Source of the DNA: Candidatus Saccharimonadota bacterium
GTDB lineage: Bacteria; Pseudomonadota; Gammaproteobacteria; Enterobacterales; Enterobacteriaceae
Length of the DNA: 32,000 bases
Assembly (NCBI GenBank): GCA_015134435.1
Contig: CP043989.1
Location: forward strand, 120,001-152,000
Direction of reading: 5' to 3'
The notes beneath the pieces are model-generated. The model was not told the DNA's origin and did no database searches. It saw nothing but the letters and a program-made list of their open reading frames with translations. Each line of letters begins with the position of its first letter. Positions within the stretch are counted from its first letter, which is position 1. Shown piece by piece: positions 1 to 9,675 of this stretch. The translations under genes and the position numbers were made by a program.

Positions 1-1123
1 TATTTTTATTTTTTTTATTTTTTTTTGCTAATGGAGATATATTTGATGGATATTTTGTAATAAATGTTGGTTGTATTATTTTTTTTTCTGTTGTAATTTC
101 AAATATTTTTATTATTAATTTACTTATAGATATTTTATTTTTTAATTTTATTTTTAATTTTTTAGCTATTTTTATTATTTTTTTATTATTATTTAAATCT
201 TTTTTTTTTTTAAATAATTTTGAATATTTGTATATTGATTTTTTTATACTTATTATTTTATAAGGTATATTTAAATTTATTATTTTTTTTTTAAATATTA
301 ATTTATTTTTATTTTTATTAATATTATTATTTATATAATAAATAATTTTTTCTGTTAATTTCATCATATCTTTATAAGAAGAATATGATTTATATATTTC
401 AATCATAGTAAATTCTGGATTATGTTTAAATGATAATCCTTCGTTTCTAAAATTTCTATTTAATTCAAATATTTTTGTAAACCCTCCTATTATTAATTTT
501 TTTAAATATAATTCTGGAGCTATTCTTAAATACATATTTTGATTTAATTTATTATGATATGTTATAAATGGTTTTGCTATATCTCCTTCTGGAATATAAT
601 GTAGCATAGGTGTTTCTACTTCTAAAAAATTTTTTTTATTTAAATATTTTCTAATTATATTTATTATTTTAATTCTAGTTAAAAAAGTTTTTCTTGTTTT
701 TGAATTTATTATTAAATCTAAATATCTTTTTCTAAATTTTATTTTTTTATTTTTTAATTTATTAAATTTATCTGGTAATAATTTTTTATTTTTAATTAAT
801 ATTTTGAAAAAATTTGATTTTATTGTTAATTCATTAGTATTTGTTTTAAATAATATTCCTTTAATTAATATTATATCTCCTATTTTTATTTTTTTAATTT
901 TTGGTATTAATTTTTTTTTTATATAATTTTTATTTATTAATATTTGAATTTTTCCTTGTATATCTTGTATATCTAAAAAATTATTTATTCCCATTAATCT
1001 TTTTGATATAATTCTACCAGCTATATTTATATTTATTTTTTTTTTAATTATTATATTTTTTGATTTATTTGAATATTTTTTAATTATTTTATAAATGTCA
1101 TTTATTTTTTTTTTTATATTCAT
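1..1123 (-). CDS. lysS: Lysyl-tRNA synthetase (class II), C-terminal part outside window
   Basis: The reverse frame is open from the window edge to the ATG at 1123-1121. Motifs seen: RKRYLDLI, EVETPML, YLRIAPELYLKKLIIGGF, ELNRNFRNEG, HNPEFTMIE, QPTFITKYPSNISPLAK. About 374 codons are present. Confidence 0.93.
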   Translation of the reverse strand, partial: MNIKKKINDIYKIIKKYSNKSKNIIIKKKININIAGRIISKRLMGINNFLDIQDIQGKIQILINKNYIKKKLIPKIKKIKIGDIILIKGILFKTNTNELTIKSNFFKILIKNKKLLPDKFNKLKNKKIKFRKRYLDLIINSKTRKTFLTRIKIINIIRKYLNKKNFLEVETPMLHYIPEGDIAKPFITYHNKLNQNMYLRIAPELYLKKLIIGGFTKIFELNRNFRNEGLSFKHNPEFTMIEIYKSYSSYKDMMKLTEKIIYYINNNINKNKNKLIFKKKIINLNIPYKIISIKKSIYKYSKLFKKKKDLNNNKKIIKIAKKLKIKLKNKISISKLIIKIFEITTEKKIIQPTFITKYPSNISPLAKKNKKNKN

Positions 1124-1124
1124 A

Positions 1125-1688
1125 TTATGAATTTATTAAATTTTGTATATATTTAAAATTATTATTTTTAATAAATAATTTTATATATTTTATTGATTTA
1201 ATTATTGATTTATATATTAATTTTTTTTCTTTTTTATTTGGTTTATTTAATACAAAATTTTTTAATTTTTTCATATTTTTAGGTTTACCTATGCCTATTC
1301 TTAATTGATAAAATGATTTTTTTTTTAAATATTTTTTTATATTTTTTATACCATTATGTGTATTTTTTTTTTTATAATTAAATTTTATTTTTTTTTTTCC
1401 AGGTTTAATATTTATTTCATCATGTATTATTAATATATTTTTATTTTTTATATTAATTTTTTTTTTTATTTTTAATATATATTTTCCAAAATTATTTATA
1501 TATGTTTTTGGTATATATATATTAATTATTTTATTATTTATATTAATTTTATATATTTTATTAAATTTTATATTTTTTAAAAAATTATTATTTATTAATT
1601 TATTTATAAATCATATTCCTACATTATGTCTTGTATTAAATAATGTTTTATTATAATTTCCCATTCCTATTATTAATTTTATACACAT
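1125..1688 (-). CDS. pth: Peptidyl-tRNA hydrolase
   Basis: 187 aa. It is absent from the ORF track because of an early in-frame TGA at the conserved Trp (TRHNVGIW-F versus E. coli TRHNAGAWF). Other motifs: LIIGMGN, IHDEIN, THNGIKN, LRIGIGKP, FVLNKP. The TAA stop at 1125-1127 abuts the lysS ATG. Confidence 0.9.
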
Positions 1689-1784
1689 TTTATATTTTAA
1701 TTATATTTTATAAATTAATATTATTTATAATATATTATATATTATTATTTATTTTATATATAATAAAATTATATTGGTGAATTT

Positions 1785-2843
1785 ATGTCAGATAAAATTA
1801 ATTTTGATATTTCTTATATTAATAAAAAAATTAAAAAAATTAGTTTATTATTAAATAATAATTTTTTGTATAATGATTATAAAAATTTAAATTTAATAAA
1901 TAAATATAAAAAATTATGTAAAATTAAAAATTATTTTAATAATTTAAATAAATATTCTAAAGAATTAAAAGATGTAAAATTATTAATTAATGATAAAGAA
2001 TTAAATATTTTAGTGAAAGATGAAATATTTAGGTTAAATAATTTAATTAATTATTATAATAATAAATTAAAAAAATATTTTTTTAACTTAAATAAAGATA
2101 AAAATGATTCATTAAATGCTTATTTAGAAATACATTCTGGTACAGGTGGTTATGAAGCTTCATTATTTACTTTAGATTTATTTAAAATGTATGTGAAATA
2201 TATAGAATCAATGAAATGAAAAATAAAATTAATAAATATTAATGAAAATTTTTTAAATGGTTATAAAGAAATATTATTTAAAGTTATTGGTAATAATGTT
2301 TATGGAAATTTAAAATTTGAATCAGGTGGACATAGAGTACAAAGAATACCAAAAACTGAATCTCAAGGTCGTATTCATACTTCTACATGTATAGTTGCTG
2401 TTATACCTGATATACCATTTAATGATTTACCTATAATTAATAATAATGATATAAAAATAAATACTTTTAAATCTTCTGGAGCAGGTGGACAACATGTTAA
2501 TACTACAGATTCTGCTGTTAGAATAACTCATATACCTACTGGTATTGTTGTTGAATGTCAACAAGAAAGATCTCAACATAAAAATAAATCTAGAGCATTA
2601 GAAGTTTTAAAAGCTAGAATTTATAATTTAGAATTAAATAAAAGAAATAAAAAAAAATGTAATGATAAAAAAAAATTATTAGGTACTGGTTTTAGATTTG
2701 ATAGAAATCGTACTTATAATTTTATTCAAAATAGAGTAACTGATCATCGTATAAATTTTACTTCATATTCTTTAAATAAAATATTAAATGGTAATTTAAA
2801 TTTATTAATAAAACTTTTAATTAAAAAATATTATAAAATGTAA
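1785..2843 (+). CDS. prfA: Peptide chain release factor 1
   Basis: ORF 1785..2219 continues in frame through TGA 2217-2219, the conserved Trp of the RF1 'RRWRVE' region. It contains a PKT (PxT) tripeptide in [14 protein letters not shown] and the GGQ motif [27 protein letters not shown] stop at 2841-2843. Confidence 0.95.
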
Positions 2844-2847
2844 TATT

Positions 2848-3690
2848 ATGTATATATATAAATGATTAAAAAAAGTTAAATTATATTATTTTAATAATTA
2901 TATATATAAAGAATCCTTTATATTATTAAAATATGTATTAAAAAAAAATATATTATGAATAATTATTAATATGAAAAATTATAAATTGAATAATTTAGAA
3001 TTACAATTTTTAAATTTTTTATTAATTAGAAGATTAAAAGGTGAACCAATTAATTATATAATTGGTAAATGTTATTTTTTAAATTTTAAATATAAAATAT
3101 ATTTTGATATTTTTATTCCTCGTCAAGATAGTGAAATAATGGTTGAATATATTATTTATTTAATTAAAATAAATAATTTTAAATTTATACTTGATTTAGG
3201 TACTGGATGTGGTGCTATAGCTATATCTATAGCTAAAATTTTTCCTAAAATTTTTGTTATGGGTGTTGATATAAATTATTTATCTATTAATTTATCTAAA
3301 TATAATTCTTTTAAATTAAATTTAAAAAATATTTTTTTTAATAAAAGTAATTGATTTTCTTATTTTAAAAAAAAAAATAATAAATTTGATATTATTGTTA
3401 GTAATCCTCCTTATATTAATAAATATTATAATCATTATAATAATAATTTAAGATTTGAATCTTATATATCTTTATTTTCAAATTATAATGGTATGAAAGA
3501 TATTATATATATAATATTAAATTCTTATTATTATTTAAATAATTATGGTTGATTAATAATAGAACATTGTTTTACACAAGTTAATATAATTAATTTTTTT
3601 TTTAATTTTAGAGGTTATTATAATATATTTAATTATAAAGATTATAATAATAAATTTCGTTTTACTGTAGGACAAAAATTAATTAATTAA
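2848..3690 (+). CDS. prmC: Release-factor glutamine N5-methyltransferase (HemK/PrmC)
   Basis: It extends ORF 2971..3354 in both directions through four in-frame TGA codons (2863, 2953, 3352, 3550). N-terminus is MYIYKW-LKK (E. coli MEYQHWLRE). SAM motif LDLGTGCGAIA and NPPY motif (IVSNPPYI) are present. TAA stop at 3688-3690. Confidence 0.9.
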
Positions 3691-5403
3691 TTATATATTT
3701 TTTAAAATTGGTATTCCTAGAATATATAATGATATTTTAATTATTTTTCCTATTATTGATATTAATTTTAATTTACTTTTTTTTTTTTTAATATTTTTTA
3801 AATTATAAATATTTTCTAATTCATAAAATTTTGAAAAATATATTGTTAAATTATATAAATATTTACATATTTCATGTGTAGTTCCATTTTTATATGATTT
3901 TTTTATTATTTCTTCAAAATTTAATATTTTTTTAGATATTATTAATTCTATTTTATTAGATATATAAAAATTATTATTTAATATACATTTAGTTATATTA
4001 GTATTATTTTTTTTTAGTAAAGATAATATTCTTGTATATGCATATTGTATATATGGTCCAGTATTATTTTTTAATAAAATTATTTTTTTAAAATTAAATA
4101 TATAATTTTTTGTTCTTTTTTTAGATAAATCCATATATTTTATAGCTCCAATTGCTATTTTTTTTGATATTCTATATATTTTTTGTTTATTATATATATA
4201 TTTATATTTTTTAAAATATTTTTTTTTTATATATTTTATAGTTTTTTTAATTATTTTTTTTAATTTTATATTTTTTCCTTTTCTTGTTTTAAATGGTTTT
4301 TTATTTTTATTTAATATATTTCCAAAATAATAATGTATTAATTTTATTTTTTTTGGTATATATTTAGCTTTTTTTGTTATTAAAAATATATTTTTCATAT
4401 ATTCTTTTTGTCTTATATCTGTTAAATATATAATTTTATTTATTTTATATTTTTTATATCTATATTTTATACATGCTATATCTATAGTACTATATAAATA
4501 AGCACCATCTTTTTTTTGAATTATAATATTAAAATTATTTTTTTTATTTTTAATTAAAATTGTTTTTTTATCTTTTATAGCTATATTTTTTTTTATTAAA
4601 TCTTTTACTATATATTTTAATTTATTTTTATAATAACTTTCTCCAAATATATTTTTTTTAGATAATTTTATATTTAATTTTTTATATATTTTTTCATTTT
4701 CTAATATATTTATATTTATAATTTTTTTTCATATATAAATATTATTTTTATTATTATTTTGTAATTTTAATGTATTTTTTCTACATTTTTTAGCAAAATT
4801 TTTATTTTTTAAAAACATTAATTGTGATTTTTTATATATTTTTTCTAATTTTTTTATATTACATTTATTTATATTTATTTTATTTTTTTTTATTCATGTT
4901 ATTATTATTCCAAATTGATTACCTCAATCTCCTATATGATTCATTTTTATTATTTTATCTCCTAATAAATAAGATATATTTGATATACAATCTCCTAAAA
5001 TTGTTGATCTTAAATGACCTATATGCATTTCTTTAGATATATTTGGTGATGAATAATCTATTATTATTTTATTTTTTTTTTTATTTTTTATTCCAAAATT
5101 TTTTATTTTAGATTTTTTATTTATTATTTTTTCAATTTCTTTTTTTTTTATATATATATTTATTATTCCTGGTTTTATAGTATTTATTTTTTTAAATATT
5201 TTATATTTTTTTAAATTTTTTATTAAATTAAAAATTATTTTTTTTTTGTTTATATTTTCTTTATTTGATATATTTATAATTCCATAAATTTGATAATCAC
5301 TAAATTTATAATTATTTTTTATATTATATTTATATTTTTTTTTAATATTATATTTTTTTAAAATTTTTTTAATTTCTTTTTTTATTATATTTTTAATATT
5401 CAT
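3691..5403 (-). CDS. argS: Arginyl-tRNA synthetase
   Basis: ORF pieces 4924..5403 and 3691..4398 are in the same frame and are joined through TGA codons. The HIGH region is PNISKEMHIGHLRSTILGD. The C-terminal anticodon-binding region is typical of ArgRS. About 570 aa. Confidence 0.9.
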
Positions 5404-5515
5404 AATTTATATTATATTATTTATAATTTAATTTTAATTTATTTATTATTTTAATTTTATTAATATATAATAAAATATTATATTATTTTTTAATTATAAA
5501 TAATTGAGTTATATT

Positions 5516-7168
5516 ATGAATATTTATTGTAATGATTTAAAAATTAAAGATATTGATAAAGAGGTAAATTTATTTGGTTGAGTAAATAATATAAAATTAT
5601 TAAAAAATATAATTTTTATAGATTTTAGAGATATTAGTGGTTATATACAAATTTTATGTAAAAAAAATATTGTTCATTTATGAAATGATATTTTATTATT
5701 AAATAATGAATCTTGTATTGAAGTATTTGGTATAGTAAAAAAAAAAGATAAATTAAATATAGAAATATTAGCTTATTATATAAATGTATTAAATTATTCT
5801 ATTTCTTTACCTTTAGATATAAATAATATTAATAATTCTGAAAATATTAGATTAAAGTATCGTTATTTAGATTTAAGAAGAAGAGATATGTTAAATGTAG
5901 TTAAATTAAAATCTAATATTAAATTTTTTATTAATAATTTTTTTTTTAAAAGAAATTTTATAGAAATTGAAACTCCTTTTTTATCTAAATCTTTTTATGA
6001 GGGTGCTAATAGTTATAAAATTATTAGTAGAATATATAAAAATAAATTTTATTCTTTACCTCAATCTCCTCAAATATTTAAACAATTATTAATGATTTCT
6101 GGTATAAATAAATATTATCAAATTGTAAAATGTTTTAGAGATGAAGATTTACGTTCTGATCGTCAACCAGAATTTACTCAATTAGATATTGAAATGTCTT
6201 TTGTAGATTTTGATGTATTATTTAATTTAATAAATAATTTAATTTTTAAAATATTTTTAAGATTTAAAAATTATAAAATTATTAATTGTTTTAATAAATT
6301 AAATTATATTGATTCTATTAATAATTTTGGTACAGATAAACCTGATTTACGTAATTCTGTAAAATATAATTTTGATTTTTCTTTATTTTTATTTAAATAT
6401 TTTTTTAAAGAAAAGAAGATAGATAATATAAAAACTATTATAATTAATAATATTTTTAATATATCTAATATAAATTTAATTTTTAATTTTTTTAATAAAA
6501 AAAAAATTAAAAATTATTGTTGTATATATATATATAATAAAAAAAATAATATTTTTAAATATAAAATTTTTGGAAATTTAAATATTAATGATTATTATAT
6601 TGATAAAATATTTTCTTATCTAAATTTATCTATAAATACTTTTATTTCTATAATTTTATTAGATGATAATATAGATAAAAAAATATTAGTTAATATTAGA
6701 GATTATTATTGTAAAATTTTTAATTTATTTAAAAATGGTTTTTATCCTATATGGATAATTAATTTTCCTATGTTTTTTTATAATAAAAATAATGATATTA
6801 GTGCTTATCATCATCCATTTACTATGCCTTTAAATATAAATTTAAATAAATTAAAATCTATTAATAATTATAATTTATTATTAGCTAATTCTTATGATTT
6901 GGTAATTAATGGTTATGAATTATGTAGTGGTTCTCAAAGAATACATAAATATTATATTCAAAAAGAAATATTTAAAATATTAAATATAGGTAATAAATAT
7001 AATTTTTTTTTAAATTCATTAAAATATGGAGCTCCTCCTCATTTAGGTATAGCTTTGGGTTTAGATAGATTAATTATGTTAATAAGTGGTTTTAAAAGTA
7101 TAAAAGATGTTATTGCATTTCCTAAAACTACTTCTGGATTATGTTTATTAACTAATTCTCCAGATTAA
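5516..7168 (+). CDS. aspS: Aspartyl-tRNA synthetase
   Basis: The ATG at 5516 is in frame with ORF 5888..7168. TGA at 5579-5581 sits at the conserved Trp (LFGW-VNN versus E. coli LCGWVNR). Motifs: LKYRYLDLRR, LPQSPQIFKQLLM, YYQIVKCFRDEDLRSDRQPEFTQLDIE, HHPFT, GLDRLIML, AFPKT. Confidence 0.95.
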
Positions 7169-7323
7169 TTTTTTTAATATTTATATTAAATTTTTAAATA
7201 AAAATTATATTTTTATAAAATTATAATAACATTATAATATAATTATATTTATAAAATTATTTAATTTTTTTTTTATTTATGTTAATATTTATTATATTGT
7301 ATTTTATTTAAAAGGTAATATTA

Positions 7324-7536
7324 ATGTCAACAAGAGTAAAAGGTAATGTAAAATGGTTTAATGAATCTAAAGGTTTTGGATTTATTACTCCTGAAAATAG
7401 TGATAAAGATGTTTTTGTACATTTTTCTGCTATTCAAAGTAGTGGTTTTAAAACTTTAACAGAAGGTCAATCTGTTGAATTTGAAATAACAGATGGTTCT
7501 AAAGGTCCATCAGCTACTAATGTGGTTCCTTTATAA
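7324..7536 (+). CDS. cspE: Cold-shock-domain protein, CspE/CspC type
   Basis: 69 aa: [56 protein letters not shown]. This is near-identical to enterobacterial CspE as I recall it. Trp is encoded by TGG here. A purine-rich AAAGG lies upstream. Confidence 0.93.
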   Translation: MSTRVKGNVKWFNESKGFGFITPENSDKDVFVHFSAIQSSGFKTLTEGQSVEFEITDGSKGPSATNVVPL

Positions 7537-7588
7537 TATATGTTATTTTAATTAAATTTATATTTATTGTTGTTTAGTTTTAAAAATA

Positions 7589-7652
7589 ATACTAAATTTG
7601 AATTATTTAAATATATGATTATATAATTAAATAATTCATTTAGTATTTTTTT
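7589..7652. terminator. Bidirectional intrinsic terminator hairpin between convergent cspE and the protelomerase gene
   Basis: Arm 7589-7610 (atactaaatttgaattatttaa) pairs with 7627-7646 (ttaaataattcatttagtat). That gives about 20 bp with a 2-nt bulge and a 16-nt loop. It is followed by a T-run on the plus strand and preceded by an A-run (a T-run on the minus strand). Confidence 0.6.
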
Positions 7653-7663
7653 ATAAATTTTTA

Positions 7664-9208
7664 TTATTTTATTATTTTTTTTTTAATTATTTTATATCTT
7701 CCTTTTATTTTTTTTTGATTTATATATTTTGATATATATTTTATATATCTTTGTATTAATATTGTATTAAATCCAAATTTTCTTAATAAATAATTATTTA
7801 TTAATTTTTCATCATTTTTTAAAAGTATTTTTTTTGTTAATTTATGTATTTTATATGCATCTTTTCTTTTTATTATTTTATGTATTTTTTTGTCTAATTT
7901 TATTAATTTTTTATATCTTTTATTTTTTATATTTTTTGGTTTTCATTTTTTATTAAAATTAATTAATTTAAATTGTTTATAATGTATATGACTATTTATA
8001 TTTTTATGTCCTAATATTTTATAAAAAAACATATCTTCATCGTATTTTTTTCATTTTTTATCTTTTTTAAATCATTTTTGAAAACATATACGTATATATA
8101 TTGATCTTGTATCTTTATATGTTCTTTTATTGTTTTGAAAAAAATTTTTTGCTGTTTTGTTAAATTTATTAGAAAAATAATTACTTATTTGATAATTTTT
8201 TGATAAATATTTATTTTTTTTTTTTTTTATATTATTTATAATATTTTTTAATATTTTATTATTTCTTAATTTTTTTATTTTTTTTATAAATAATTTTGAA
8301 TTATATAATAAATATATATTATATTTTTTTTTTTTATTATTTTTTGCTTGACCTTTAAATTGTATTTTATTTTTTTTATATATATATTTAAATTTTCCTA
8401 ATTTAATTATTTCTATCATTCTTCTTCCAGATACTGCTGATAATGCAAATGATAAATAAGATATATTTTTTATGTTATTTAGATTTATATTTTTATTTAA
8501 TATATTATATATTTCTTGTAAATAATTTTTATAATTTATTGTTATTGAATTAATTTTTTTTATTTTTAATTTATTATATGAATTTTGTTTTGAAATTAAA
8601 AATTTTCTTTTTTCTACTTTTAAATGAAATAATATTTCATGATTTATTTTTATATTTTTTATTTTTTTTTTAATTATTTCTCCTTGTTGTATTTTATTTA
8701 TAATATATTTATTTGATGAATATCATTTTTGATTTATCATATTTGTAAGTTCTTTTTTTCATTCTGGAAAAATTTTTATTGATTTTTTTATTATTTTTAT
8801 ATTATTTTTTGTGGAATTTATTTTAATTTTATTTATATTTTTTATTAAATTATTGATTAATTCTAATTTTTTATATATTTTTTTGAATTCTTTGTATATT
8901 ATTTTTGTATTTTTTATTTTACTTATATAATTCATTTCTTTTTTAAAATAATTAAAATTTTTTTTTATATATTTTATTTTTCTATTTAAACTATAATGTT
9001 TTATATTTATAAATTGTTTTCTTGCTCTAGATATATAATTTATATATGTATTTATAGAAATATTTTTTTTTTTTAATTTTTTTTTAAATTTTTGAGATTC
9101 TTTTTTATAAAGAATATTTTTTTTTTTTTGTAAAATATTTTTTTTATTTTCTATTATATTTATTTTTTTAACTAATTTTTTTATTAATATATTTATATTT
9201 TTTTTCAT
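7664..9208 (-). CDS. tel: Protelomerase / hairpin-telomere resolvase, TelN/TelK family (514 aa)
   Basis: One reverse frame runs from 9208 to 7664. It has five in-frame TGA codons (low coordinates 8759, 8723, 8072, 8051, 7943) and a TAA stop at 7664-7666. It joins ORF-track pieces 8759..9208 and 8072..8419 plus two unlisted pieces. Motifs matching my recollection of N15 TelN: NTYINYISRARKQF, NHEILFHL, LSFALSAVSGRRMIEI, FKGQAK, YKDTRSIYIRI, YDEDMFFYKILGH, HIHYKQFKLINF. The candidate nucleophile is Tyr410 (codon 7979-7981). Four of the five TGA codons align with TelN Trp residues. Confidence 0.88.
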
Positions 9209-9226
9209 AATTATTAAATATTTGTT

Positions 9227-9300
9227 TATATTTTATATTGTAACATATATAATAAATATACATATGTATATTTATTATATATGTTACAATATAAAATATA
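9227..9300. repeat. Perfect 74-bp palindrome P1, candidate protelomerase target site
   Basis: Verified base by base. Arm 9227-9263 is the exact reverse complement of 9264-9300, with the dyad centre in CATATG (9261-9266). It begins 19 bp upstream of the tel start codon. The core 9229-9298 is repeated identically at 9335-9404. Confidence 0.95.
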
Positions 9301-9440
9301 TTAATAATTTATATTTTTATAATTATTAAATAATTATTTTATATTGTAACATATATAATAAATATACATATGTATATTTATTATATATGTTACAATATAA
9401 AATAATTATTTAATAATTATAAAAATATAAATTATTAATA
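9299..9440. repeat. Perfect 142-bp palindrome P2, the second copy of the 70-bp core plus 36-bp inverted flanks
   Basis: Verified base by base. Arm 9299-9369 is the exact reverse complement of 9370-9440, with the dyad centre in CATATG (9367-9372). It shares 2 bp with the end of P1. The two dyad centres are 106 bp apart. Confidence 0.95.
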
Positions 9441-9600
9441 AAAATTAATTATAAATAATTATAACAAAAATAAAAATATTTATAAAAAAATAAAAAAATT
9501 TAAAAATATAAATTATATTATAAAATTATTATAATTTAAAATAAAAAAAAATAAATGTATAATAATTTAAATTATTTTAAAAAAAATTTTATAAATAAAT

Positions 9601-9666
9601 AAAATAAAAAATACTAATGAATTATTTAATTAAAATTTACAAAAAATTAAATAATTCAAAATAGTA
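9601..9666 (-). terminator. Intrinsic terminator hairpin downstream of gapA-like gene
   Basis: 9618-9631 (tgaattatttaatt) pairs perfectly with 9646-9659, and 9612-9616 (tacta) pairs with 9662-9666. On the minus strand the hairpin is followed by ttttttatttt. The arm sequence is nearly identical to the hairpin at 7589-7646. Confidence 0.6.
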
Positions 9667-9675
9667 AAAAATAAA

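Noticed and set aside
4824-5036. A plus-strand 70-aa ORF made of Phe/Leu/Tyr/Ile.
   Set aside because: It lies antisense inside argS. It is a low-complexity translation of the T-rich strand, has no homology and is incompatible with the well-supported argS frame.
9229-9404. Two identical 70-bp repeats 106 bp apart, which could be a mini CRISPR array.
   Set aside because: There are only two copies. The repeats are far longer than CRISPR repeats and are perfect palindromes nested in a larger palindrome. No cas genes are present.
7589-9666. Similar sequences at both sides of the tel gene, which could be terminal inverted repeats of an IS or transposon.
   Set aside because: Each copy is itself a self-complementary hairpin with a T-tract at the 3' end of a convergent gene, so it behaves as a terminator. 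There is no transposase and I see no target-site duplication. The idea is kept as a lower-ranked possibility in the findings.
9209-9675. A non-coding region at a skew switch, which could be oriC.
   Set aside because: I could not find DnaA-box-like TTATCCACA motifs or origin-linked genes. The direction of the T-to-A switch fits convergence of forks rather than divergence under the usual G+T leading-strand rule. This needs a computed GC skew to be certain.
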